From NCBI GenBank assembly GCA_043228905.1, contig JBHGNT010000006.1, positions 15,190,001-15,254,000 on the forward strand: a stretch of 64,000 nucleotides of DNA. Direction: 5' to 3'. The translations under genes and the position numbers were made by a program. Source of the stretch: Azolla caroliniana (taxonomy: Eukaryota; Plantae; Polypodiophyta). This document shows positions 37,901 to 50,250 of the stretch, in pieces. The notes under the pieces are model-generated. The model was not told the origin of the DNA and did no database searches. It saw only the letters and a list, made by a program, of their open reading frames with translations. The stretch's first letter is position 1; the number at the start of each line of letters is the position of its first letter.

Positions 37901-40900
37901 TAAACCACCGATTCGAGTATGGGGCACTCGATGGTTCGAGGATTCCCATCTCGACCTTCTGCTTTAACAGCTCCATCAGCTTCGGGATGTGAGCTCTGGG
38001 TACTGGAATCGGTTTGAGACTCCACGGCACATGCGGTACCGTGAATATCACCATCGGGTCTATGCACCTGATCTCCTCCGGTGAGAATGCGAAGGCCTTC
38101 CCGTGCCTTCCGAGCATTTCCCGAAAATGGTCCTCTTCCGCCAGCAGTAGGAAGCCGCCCCCACTGATTTTGAGCTCGCGCAGCGTTATGTCGGTGAAGG
38201 TGTGTCCTATGCGGGCCGGATTTCGTAAACTTGGGTCCAACGCAACCCCCTTTATTCGCAACCCGCTGCCCTCCGGCAAGGGAGCCGCGATTGGCCTCAC
38301 CTTCCGGTCCACAGTCTTGTACCTCGTGTCCACCTGGGCCGTTCGATCCGACTCGAGCCCTCTACTGAAGTCCGCGACGACTTCGTACATCTTTTCCGAA
38401 CATACCGGAATCGTCCGGTCCTCTTGAAGGACTCCTCCGACCACCTCCCGCAACTCCCCCAAGGTATCGTCGAAAGAGACCGCCTCCACGGCTCCATTGA
38501 TTTCCTCTCCGAGGTCGAGGACGCCACATGCCCGAAGTTGCTCCTCCACCCTTCTGTTCTTCCGGCCAACAACGTCGACTATCGTACACCCTCCGTTGTC
38601 GGAGAACCAAAATTCCCTACTTATAGCACAGGTCTTCCTCGCTATCATACACTTGTGGGGTTCTCCCGGAGTGTCCGGACTATCGCGGCCCCACACCTTG
38701 ATAGCCCTCTTCAAAAATCCTCCCGGCTTTCGCCCCCGAGGGTCTCGCGGTTCCTCTCATGGTTTGGTCTCACCGTCAGGAATTGGACCGAGTGGCGCCC
38801 ATCCTAGCTCTTGACCCTCGCATAGGCCGAGCCGTTGTCCAACACGTTGGTCTCCATCCGTGCTGCTGTGATGTACGGTTCTCCGAGTATAACCGGATCT
38901 GAGGACGTCTCCTGCACGAAGAAGTGCTGGTCAATCTCGACATCGCCGATCTTTACTCGTACATTCGGGCAGGCTCCATGCAGTTCCTCGGTGGCACGCG
39001 TCGCTGCCCGTATCTTCCACCTGTGCTTGGTGTTGATCGGCCATTTCCCGTTCTTATAGAAGTCCATGGACATCAAATTGATTTTTGAACCGTGGTCCAC
39101 CAACGCCACCACCGGTTCCTGAACATCTCCGATCTTCACGGGGGTCTCCGTGGTCGCTCTGGCCCAGTGCAGCCTTGAATAGTGGCTCTCCGCCAACTCG
39201 TCTTCCAACGCCATGTCCTCTATGTGCGTCGTCTGCACCTCCACTGGCTTCTCTGGTTCTGTCTCCGTCGACAGCCTCTTCCTCTTCACCAAGTCTATGA
39301 TGGAGTCATGGAACTCCTTCTTGGCGATCCCGAGCACTTCCCTCAGCGACAGTTCCACCTTGTTGTCGAGGATTCATTCTTCCAGGACCTTTCGCAGGTC
39401 CGTGGATCTTTCGATTTCTATGCCTAGCCGGTACCCGCCCCTCTTGGGATTATCCTGGGCGCCGGTTATACCGGCTTCATTCCGTCTTTGCCCGAATCGA
39501 GTTTCATATCGCTGCGAGGGCCCGGCCCCTCTGGTTTTCCCTACTCGCTTGTCCTCCACTAGGGCCTCGTAGTTTTGACAAGCGGCTTTGATGAAGCCCG
39601 TCTTTTCTTCCACCGGGTCACTCCACCCGATTACCTCCCGACCCGTTTTTCCGCGCGGTCCACCTCTTCTTTCCTCAGCTGTGCGTCGGCGAGGCCTTCT
39701 AGTATCGTCGGCCAGAACCCGACTTTGTTCGTTTTCGGGGCCTCGCCACCTCCGACCCGAATACCAGCTGACGCCGAGTAGTGGACGGTCTCCGCGTGAC
39801 GAGCCACCGTCTCCTCCATCAGCCTTTTCATACCCCCTTGCCTGACGTTCAGGTTCAGGGCCCTTCGGGTCTCACTGGCGTGCACCCGACTATTCCACAG
39901 GTACACCACATTGCTTCTTATCGCCTCGGCGAAGTCCCCGCAGTCCTTCCGGTTGTGCCCAACCGCGTCACACCGCATGCACTTGTTTTCAGCCAGAGGT
40001 CATCGGTCACGGGCCTGTTCGCCACCACCCCTCCGTGCCTGGGCGATCCTTTACCATCCGCGTCAGCTCCTCCAGAGCTACTCCCCCGGACGAGCCCTTG
40101 ACCATGCCGGTTGAAGCCGACCCGGTCTCGAGCCAATCTCGGGTCTCTTCCCTTCGCGTTGGTGGTGTTGGCTCGAGCTTCTTTGCTGCGACAGAGCCGC
40201 CCTTGTCGATCCTTTGTCAACCCATTCCTGCCGTTTGTCGAAACGGCCACAGACCCTTTTCACCACGGCCCAGTCGGCCGTCAGCCCGTCATCAGTCTCC
40301 AATAGGAGACCTACCTGCTCCCGATCCCGCTCGTCAACCGACTTAACAAACAATAGGAGGCGGCTTGTGTCCAGAACGGTCCGGTCAAGCACCGAGAGGC
40401 GCGCGAAGCGTTCCTCAAACTCCCGAAGGAGCATTGTTGCGTTCCTTCCTTTGTCGAGGGTCTCCACCCACTCCATGAAGTCCCGCTTCGAAAGTCGAAG
40501 CGCATCTTCAAGCCCGTATCTTTCGAGGAGCCGACCTTCGAACTCCTCCCAGGTCCGGCTCTCGGCCCGTACCTCGAGCAGCTCCGTATGGATACCCGAC
40601 ATCGCCACTCGAGGGAATCCGGCTAGACGCCTCTCTTCCGGAATGTCCCTCATTACCATCTCAGCCCGGTAGGACGCCAAGTAGCTCGTGGAATCCTTCC
40701 CACTAAACCGGCCGATCGTACCGACAACCGCCTCGATAGCCCTATCAAGGGCGCCGGTGCCTTCGCGGGCACTCACTATATGGTCTACAACCGAAGCCAT
40801 GGCTACTGCAAGGTCCGACCCCCTCATCTTCTATTCCTCTGCCGCCTGTTCACGTCGGGTTCACCAAATATGTCGTATTGTTACGCGCGTGCGTGGAGAA

Positions 40901-40942
40901 CAAGGCGGGACCACTGGGGTCTTGGACCGAGGAATAGGTGGG

Positions 40943-40974
<32 letters not shown>

Positions 40975-41565
40975 CGCTTGCTCACGTATAGACAAAGAAG
41001 CGCACGGGGACGCGCGACACAACAACACAGGAGACACAAGTTGGGTAGGAGATAGAGTATAAGAACGCGTATATAAATGTATGTATGCAGACGACTCGAA
41101 CGGTTACAGCTGATCAGGTCGGCGAGACGGGTGTCGACGCCTGATCACCCACGCACACACGGGAGCAAGATGGAGATTCTGCAGGAAGCACACGGGCGTT
41201 CCACGGAGCAGAATCAGCCTCTCGAGAACTTGGGCAAAGAAAGCTTATGGAGAATGACAGAGGAGAAGAGCTCGGTCCTAGTCCGACAGCACTTCGTCCC
41301 CTCTAGCGTGCATGTCCCCCTTCTCTCCCCTTCTCCCTCTCTTTTATAGCTCAAGGAGGGAGGCCGCCTTGCCCGTTTACATCACATTAATTCTCTGTCC
41401 TTTCGGACAGAGATACTCCTCGATTCTCCCTATAGAATATTGCTACCTAGGATCTGACCTTTGTGCCTACCTATCTACTGTACCACAAGGGGCGTGCCCA
41501 TGTGTAAGGGCCAGTTTACACACGCTATATACGATTTGCGCCTGGGGACGGTTTTCTTCACGACA
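34846..41565 (-). mobile_element. Gypsy element B1, nested in the RT-RH connection of B2
   Basis: LTRs 34846-35430 and 40871-41565 (TGTCG...ACGACA); 4-bp TSD ACGT/ACGC; PBS-Trp; gag 40827, PR VDHGS, RT DLYSGY/FLDD, partial RH, INT with GPY. Confidence 0.95.
38655..38720 (-). promoter_or_regulatory. Predicted -1 frameshift signal, B1
   Basis: GGATTTT TGA; stem 1 GGGCTATC/GATAGTCC; stem 2 GTGGGG/CCCCAC. Confidence 0.8.
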
Positions 41566-42975
41566 ACGCGCATGCTCCCAAGAATCTCTGAACCTCCATA
41601 ACCGAATTGCAGTCATGCTTCATCGCGGAGATGGCATCCTCCTTGGCCGGAGACGGTTTCCGACCATATGGTCCGCATAGGTGCCTGACGACCATGATCT
41701 CTGATTGCCCAAAGGCCGATTTTTCCCCGGAGAAGGTGAGCCTCACGCCTTCTAGTCTCTGCAGCACCTTCTCGCAGTCATCGATGTGAGTCGCCACGAA
41801 ATTCCGACATCCGTCTGGTCCGATTGTCTTGTCCCTTTCCTCCACCGGGCATCCCCTGATCGGGATGCCGTCTAAGAATGGCATGGTGATGTCCGGGATA
41901 CAATCTCTGAGCACTTTGTTCATCGCGTTCACCATGTGGGTCACCGAGTTCGTCCCTCCTTGTGGTAGGGTACACATTCGCACTAGGCCAAGAGGAGTCT
42001 GCATCGTCGTAATGTCTCTGCTCTCCACGGCTAGTTGGAACTGATTGTACCCCGAGTACAGATCACTGACAGAGTAAATCGACCTTCCGGCGAAGGCCTC
42101 CACGAACTCGTCTATGGTCGGTCTGATTCCTGCGTTACGGATGGTCACCTTGTTGACCGGTTGCAGGTTTTGAATGAAGCGCAACGTGCCGTTCTTCTTC
42201 GGCATTGTAAACCACCGATTCGAATACGGGGCACTCGACGGTTCGAGGATCCCCATCTCCACCTTTTGCTTCAGAAGCTCCATCAACTTCAGGATGTGAG
42301 CTCTTGGCACCGGAATCGGTTTGAGATTCCACGGTACATGCGGCACCATGAAGATCACCATCGGTTCGACGATCGTTGGGTCCACGCACCCGATCTCCTC
42401 TGACGAGAACGCGAAGGCCTTCCCATGCCTTTCGAGCATTCTTTGAAACCTGTTCTCCTCCGTCGGTAGTAGAAAGCCACCCCCACCGACCTTGAGCTCC
42501 CGTAGCATTATGTCGGTGGACTGGTGCCCTATGCCAGTTGGATTCCGTAAACTTGGGTCCGACGCAACCCTTTTCTCCGCTCCTCGCTGCCCTCCGGCAA
42601 GGGTGCCGCGACCGGCCTTACCTTCCAGTCCACAGTCTTGTACTTTGTACTCACGCGGGTCGTCCGATCCGACCCGATCCTTTCCCCGAAGTCCGCGATG
42701 ACTTTGTACATTCCCATCGATACTACTGGAACGGTTCGGTCTTCTCTAAGGTCTTCACCGATCACCTTTCGCAAATCACCCAAGGTGTCGTCAAAAGAGA
42801 CCGCCTCCACGGCTCCGCTGATCTCTTCGTCGGGGGAGAGGACTCCGCATCTCCTGAGCTGCTCCTCCGCTCGCTTCCTTTCCCAGCCGTTGACGCCGGC
42901 CATAGTACAACCTCCGTTGTCGGAGAACCAAAATTTCCTACCTATGGTACAAGTCTTCTTCCATACTATACATTT

Positions 42976-43042
42976 ATGGGGTTTTTCCAGGGTGTCTGGA
43001 CTATCGCGGCCCCACACCTTGATAGCCCTCTCTAAAACTCCC
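42976..43042 (-). promoter_or_regulatory. Predicted -1 frameshift signal, B2 (variant slip site GGAGTTT TAG)
   Basis: Same stem 1 GGGCTATC/GATAGTCC; stem 2 GTGGGG/CCCCAT. Confidence 0.6.
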
Positions 43043-46000
43043 CTCAGGTTTCGCCACCGAGGGTCTTGCGGTTACGCTCATGGTTTGGTCGCACCGTTAG
43101 GAACTGGACCGAGTGATGCCCGTTCTGGCTCTTGACTCTTGCGTAGGCCGAACCGTTGTCCAGCACCTTGGTTTCCATCCGTGCCGCCGTGATGTATGGT
43201 TCTCCTAGTATAACCGGATGTGAGGATGTCTCCTGCACGAAGAAGTGCTGGTCGATCTCGACATCGTCAATCTTCACCCGTACATTCGGGCAGGCTCCAT
43301 GTAGTTCCTCTGTGGCCCGCGTCACTGCCCGTATTTTCCAGTCGTGTTTGGTGTTGATCGGCCATTTTCCCTTTTTGTAGAAGTCCATGGACATTAAGTT
43401 GATTTTTGAACCGTGGTCCACCAACGCCACCACCGGCTCCTGGACATCCCCAACGTTAACATGGGTCTCCGTGGTCACTCTAGCCTAGTGCGGCCTCAAA
43501 TAGTGGTTCTCCGCCAACTCGTCTTCTAACGCCATGTCCTCTATGTGCGTCGTTCGCACTTCCACCGGCTTCTTCGGCTCTGGCTCTGTCGACAACCTCT
43601 TCCTCTTTACCAAGTCTACGATGGAGTCATGGAACTACTTCTTGGCGATCCCGAGCACTTCCCTTAGCGACAACTCCACTTTGCTGTCGAGGATACGTTC
43701 CTCCAGGACCTTTCGATTTCCGTGCTCAACCGGTACCCGACCTTCTTGGCTTTATCCGGTGCGCCGGTCGCACCGGCCTCATTCTGTCTTTGTCCGAATC
43801 GGGTCTCGTACCGTTGCGAGGGCCCGGCCCCTCCGGTTTTACCTACTCTCTTGTCTTCCACCAGAGCCTCGTAGTTCTGGCATGCGGCTTCGACAAAGCC
43901 CGTCTTCTCTTCGACCGGGTCACTCCACCCGGTTACCTCCCGAACCCGTTTCTCCGCGCGGTCCGCTTCTTCTTTCCTTAGCCGTGCGTCGGCGAGGCCT
44001 TCCAGAATCCGGCCTCGTTCGTCTTCCGGGCCTCTCCACCTCCGACCCGGATCCTAGCCGACACCGAGTAGTGGACGGTCTCCGCATGGCGAGCCGTCGC
44101 CTCTTCCATCAGCCGTTTCATACCCCCCCGTCCGACATTCAGGTCCAGGGCCCTTCGGGTCTCGCTAGCGTGCACCCGACCGTTCCATAGGTACACCACG
44201 TTGGCTCTCATTGCCTCGGCGAAGTCCCCGCAGTCCTTCCAGACGTGGCCGACCGCGTCGCACCACAAATACCATGTTCCAGCTAGAGGCCTTTGGTCAT
44301 GGGCCTGTTCGCCTCCGTCCCTCCGTGCCCGTGCAATCTGGAGATCCTTTACCATCCTAGTCAGCTCCTCTAGAGCTGCTCCTCCGGACGAGCCTTTGAC
44401 CATGCCGGTCAAAGTTGATCCGGTCTCGAGCCAGTCTTGGGTCTCTTCCCTTCGCACTAGCGGGGTTGGCTCGAGTTTCCTTGCTGCTACGGAGACCGCC
44501 CCTATTGATCCTTTATTGACCCACTCTCGCCATTTGTCGAAATGGCCACAGACTCTCTTCACCACGGCCCAGTCGGCCGTCAGCCCGTCATCAGTCTCCA
44601 GCAGGAGTCCCACTTCCTCCTGATCCCTTGCATCCACCGACTTAACGAACAGTAGGACGCAACTGGTGTCTAGTACGGTCCGGTCGAGCACCGAAAGACG
44701 CGCGAAGCATTCTTCAAACTCCCAGAGGAGCAACGATGTGTTTCTCCCCTTTTCGGGGGTCTCTACCCATTCCATGAAGTCCCGTTTCGAGAGACGAAGC
44801 CCGTCATCAAGCCCGTATTTTTCAAGGACCCGACCTTCAAACTCTTCCCAGGTCCGGCTCTCAGCCTGTACCTCGAGCACCTCCGCATGGATGCCCGGCA
44901 TCGCCACCTGAGGGAATCCGGTCAGTCGCCTTTCTTCCGGAATGTCTCTCATTACCATCTCGGCACGGTAGGCCTCCAAATAGCTTGTGGCGTCCTTCCC
45001 ACCCAACCGGCCTATCGCGCCGACGACCGCTTCAATTGCCCTATCGAGGGCGCCCGTGCCTTCGCGCGCACTCACTATCCGATCCACAGCTGAAGCCATG
45101 GCTTCCGCGAGATCCGACCCCCTCATCTTTCAATTCCTCTCCCGCCTGTTCACGTCGGGTTCACCAAATATGTCACGTTGTTACGCGCGTGCGTGGAGAA
45201 CGAGGTGGAACCACCGGGGCCTTGGACCGAGAAATAGCTTAGAAGGAGGAGAACGGAAAGGTAACAAACGCACTTGCACACACACTGACACGAGAGCACA
45301 CAGGAATCACAGTCCAACAACACAGCAAACGAGATGACTCGAAGTCTGAGTATATGATCACGTATGTATATAAATGTATGTATATATCAAGACGGTTACA
45401 ACTAACAGGCCGGCAAGGCGGACACCGACGCCTGCTCACACACCCACACAGAAGAGCAAGATGGAGTCTTTGCCGAAAGCACACGGGCATTCCGCGGAGC
45501 AGAGTCAGCCTCCCGAAAGCCTACGCAAAAATGGCTATGGAGAGTGGCAGAGAAGAAGGGCTCAGTCCCAGTTCGGCAACACCTCGTCCTCTCTAACGCG
45601 CGATCCCTTTCTCCTTCCTCTCCCTCTCTTTTATAGCCCAAGGAGGGAGGCCGTTATCACCCGTTACATCATATTACTTCTCTGTCCTTTCGGACAGAGA
45701 TACAATTCGATTCTCTCCCTATTGAATGCGTGCTACCTAGGATTTCACCTCAGCCGACTTGTACCTACCTACTTACTATACAACGAAGAGTGCGCTCGCG
45801 TGCAAGGGCCGGTTTACACATGCTAAACTTGGTTTCCGCCTAAGGATGGTTTTCTTCATGACAACGCTTCGAGCTTGTCGGTTGTCAACACCTTGGTCAA
45901 CATATTTGACCTGTTCTCCTTTGTGTGGATCTTCGTCAGCATGAACTCTTGATCTTCTACTCTCTCCCAGATGTAGTGATATCTCCTCTGGATGTGCTTC

Positions 46001-49000
46001 GTCCGGGAATGGTAGGCCACATTCTTCACAAGGTGGATGGCACTTTGATTGTCACAATAGAGCCGGAATTCCTCCTGCTAGATCCCTAGCTCTCCGATGA
46101 AGTCCTTCATCCAGATTATCTCCTTGCCGGCTTCCACAACTGCCATGTACTCAGCCTCCGTGGTTGACAACGCAACTGTCTTCTGCAGCCTCGACTGCCA
46201 TGAAACAACTACCCCTGCATAAGTCATGACATATCCGGATGTAGATCGGCTGGTATCCGCATCATCTAACATATCCGAATCGGTGAAGCCTTCCAAGAGG
46301 GGTTTACCGGAGCCGAATCAAAGGCACATACTCGAGGTGCCTTTCAAATACTAGAGTACCCACTAGACCACGTTCCAGTGCTCTTTTCCGGGATTTCTCA
46401 TGAAACAGATGACTACTCCAACAATATATGCAATATCCGGCCAGGTGCACAACATTGCATACATTAGGCTTCCGACGGCAGAGGCATATGGTATCTTCAT
46501 CATATCCACCTTCTCTGCCTTTGTCTTCGGGCTCTGTTTTCCAGACAATTTGTAGTTTGTCGGGAGTGTCGATCTAACCGATTTTGCCTCTAACATGTTG
46601 AACTGTTGAAGTATCTTTGTCACGTACTTTTCCTATGACAACCACAACAGCTTCTTCGACCGGTCCCGGATAATGTGCATTCCCAATATTTGTCTTGCTG
46701 AACCCAAGTCTTTCATTGAGAAGGTCCGGTTCAGAGCCTTCTTCAGCATTCATATCTTGACTTGGTCTCATCTCCGACGATCAACATATCATCCACATAA
46801 AGGAGGAGTATCAGGAAATCTCCTCCGTAAAATTTCTTCACAAACACACAGTGATCGGCCTACGTCTTGTGGTACCCTTGGTCGGTCATGAAGGAGTCAA
46901 ACTTCTGGTACCATTGCCGGGGATCTTGCTTCAGTTCGTATAAGCTCTTCTTCAACTGGCACACCAAATGCTCCTTCCCTTTCTTCACAAATCCTTCTGG
47001 TTGCTGCATGTAGATATCCTCTTTGAGGTCACCATGGAGGAACATTGTCTTTACGTCTAGTTGCTCTACCTCGAGGTCCATGCTTGCCGCTATGCTCAGC
47101 ACCGTCCAGATGGAAGTCATCTTAACTACTGGGGCAAAGATCTCGTCGAAATCCACTCCTTTCTTCTGTTGGAACCCCTTCACCACGATCTGGGCTTTGT
47201 ATCTCGGTGGGTTTCCAGCATCTCCTGGTTTTAGCTTGTACACCCACTTGTTCCGAAGTGCCCTCTTTCCTTTCGGCAACTCCGTTAGTTCATACGTGTG
47301 GTTCTCATGCATGGAATCCATCTCGTCGTACATGGCACTCAACCACTTGCGGATGTGGGTGTCTTTCTTTGCTTCTTCAAAGTGTTATCGCTAGGGCCGG
47401 ACAATGGCCTAACATAGGGTGTCCCCTTGAGACACTTCACCAAAGGGGTGTTGCGATGAGATAAAGTTAGACCGACTATTAATGGAACCCTAATTGGTTA
47501 CTAAGCGGCAAGATCATTAGTCACAATACACGCGTAGGATAAATTACACTTAGCACAGAACGGTAATTAACAATGATTAAGATACAGAACAAGATCACTC
47601 TATTAATTATCCGCTCCTGATTACAATTTAACCGGGCCCTTTTATAGGTCTCCGACTCTTGGTACAAACTGGTGCCAACTGGCAACCGGCTACGGACGGG
47701 TCCGGATCTGGATCGGCATACCGATTCCGGGTCCGTCCGTTCGTTTCTCAAATCATAATAATTATATATATATATATATATAATCAGGTCCCGGTTATTA
47801 ATTATCCCTCATTTCCCATTCTGGACTTCCCTTGCTGGCCGGCTAATACCGTTGAAAATCAAGCTGCGCCTATCGGAAGAACAAGCAGAACAACAACCGG
47901 AGAAAACGCAGGGGCAGAACCCCTTGGTGGTGTTAATCAACAACAAGACCCTGGAAGAAGAAGAACAGGAAGATGAGCCGACCGAGACGCTACTACGGCG
48001 TCGCCAGACAATTGGAAAGGGCCACGAGGGGGGGACATCAAGGCTAACAGAGAATAGTATATGGGAACCCCTCCCTAAGGAGCCGTAACCTAGGAATGCG
48101 GCAGAATTAGCTCAACAAGAATCGGGGACGGAGCAAGTGCTGCGGTAGGACATCGCGGAACCAACGGTCCAGGACACGACAGTGCCGGTGGATCAGGAAC
48201 CGGTCATTGAATTGTCGGCGTCACTGCCGCAACAGCAACAACCAGAACCGGAGCAGCCTCTTGACGTAACCATCAATAGTAGGCTCGTGACCAGTGAAAA
48301 TGCCATCCCACGACCAGAACCGGCATGACAACAAGGTACCGGCAGTCAATGGCTCCGATGGGTAGCAGAACAAGTGACTGGGGTCGTCTGCTGGTTAGAA
48401 GCGGAAGAGAAAGCACATGAAGACCGGTTGCTAGACATAACCGAGGAATTAGAGAAGTCCTGGTCAAGAATCCGGAGCATGGAGGAAGACATAGAGAGGG
48501 CCAGAACATAAATGGCCAAGTTGGTCATAGAAGGACCACAACAATCGGAACCGGTGGCCCCGGTAACTCTACAGAACGATCAAACCCCGGTGACGGCGGC
48601 AGGCCTGGATACTCATAAATCGTCAGCACAGGAGCTTGCCACATTAAGGGAAGACCTGGCAGCACAAGAAGCCTTATGAGCCAGGGAACGAGAATTGAAA
48701 AAAGCAATGGAGGAGGAACAAAGGAGAACGACCGACAACCTCCGCCGAATAGAGGAAAGCTTGAGAAGAGGTCATCAAGTGTATGACCGGTTGAAAGAAG
48801 AGAAAGACAAATTCCTGCAAGAAAAAGAGAAACTCCGAAGGACGGCGGAAGTGGAGATTGAGTGCCTCAAAGAAGAGCTCCGGCAACAAAAAGACCATGA
48901 GGACCGTGCTCGCTGGCTTATCAATCAAAAGCTCAAACAGAAAACCGATGACATCGACCGACGGCACCGGGATTATAATCATTTGGATGCCGATCATAAG

Positions 49001-49537
49001 AAATTGACTACTGAAAGTGACCGACAGCAGGAAAAGTGTAGGGAACTCCGGGAGGAAATTAACCGGTTGACGACGACATTGATGGAAGAGTAGTCGAAGG
49101 GAGCCGAAGTAGTGAAACAACTGGCGGCAGGTGCGAAAGAGTGACTGGACCTGCAAGTGCAGCACCATGCGGAAATGGAGCGCGCTACAATGACTCTGAA
49201 CAGAGTTCAGACGACATATTAAGCCCAACTCATGCACTACAGAAGCCAAGAAGTGGTAACCGCAAGCCTGATCAAACAATTGAAGGACGAAAAATAGGCC
49301 GCGGAAAACAAGTCGAAGATGGGGCTGGGGAAGATCTGGGACATCATACTGGCATGGAGGAATCGAATGAAGCAATTGGTGGAATAAAGCTCAGTACAGT
49401 GGTGGTCAAAGTGGGCTAAGTAGGCAATAGAGCTATAGTTGTTGCAGGCAGATGCGGAAAATGTTGGGAGACAGGTCCCTCCGGATGGGAAGGGAGAAGA
49501 ACAGTGCCGATGAACAAACTCGGCCGAGGCCGAAACG

Positions 49538-49753
49538 GTATGAGGAGAACTCGGCTACGGAGAGCCGGATGATACAGACCCGGTGAAGACCGGATGAGGA
49601 GTACCTGGCTACGGAGAGCCGGATGGTGCAGGCCCGGTGTGAACCGGATGAGGAGTACCCGGCTACGGAGAGTCGGATGGTGCAGGCCCGGTGTGAACCG
49701 GATGCGGAGTACCCGGCTACGGTGAGCCGGATGGTGCAGAACTGGTGAGAACC
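49538..49753 (+). repeat. 54-bp tandem array in the D2 5' LTR (4 units)
   Basis: Unit ggatgaggagtacccggctacggagagccggatggtgcaggcccggtgtgaacc. Confidence 0.9.
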
Positions 49754-50250
49754 GGAGGAAGAGACATATTCGTAAATATGTTTCTGAGAGCCCATCGAGG
49801 CTATATTTGTAAATAGCCGAAAAGTCATATTAGTATAAATATGACTTAGGGCAAACTTTTAGTATGTGTTGTCATTTTCTTGTTGGTGCAAGAAGAAGAG
49901 AGAGCACGCAACAGTGTACAGAGAGAGAGAGAGAGAGAGAAAGAGGTCGCTGCCTCTGTTGTAACCGCCGCCTGTGGCGAAGATCGTGAGCACGAGGTCG
50001 TTGCCTTTGTGAACTCACTATTTTGTACATTCCAACTTAGTGATAGTTTGCAGCCTGTGGGCTGCCGTGGTTTTTCCCTCTTTGGGTTTTCCACGTAAAC
50101 ATTCTGTGTACCCTTTTTCTCTCCTTTGTGTCGCGTGTTTTTCTTTTCCTGTTTCCTATGTATGAAAAGAAGCTCGGTTGTGGCCGAGCGTTGTGTATAA
50201 GGAGCGTTGAGTTCCCGTCAAGTGGTATCAGAGCGAAATCAACACAGAAA

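Larger units (their letters stand above)
33761..45863 (-). mobile_element. Gypsy element B2 (5' LTR 45171-45863; 3' end lost at ~33760); contains B1
   Basis: LTR+PBS-Trp, gag from 45126, PR 43044-43478, RT 41566-42508, RH/INT start 33761-34845 continuing across the B1 insertion. Confidence 0.9.
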
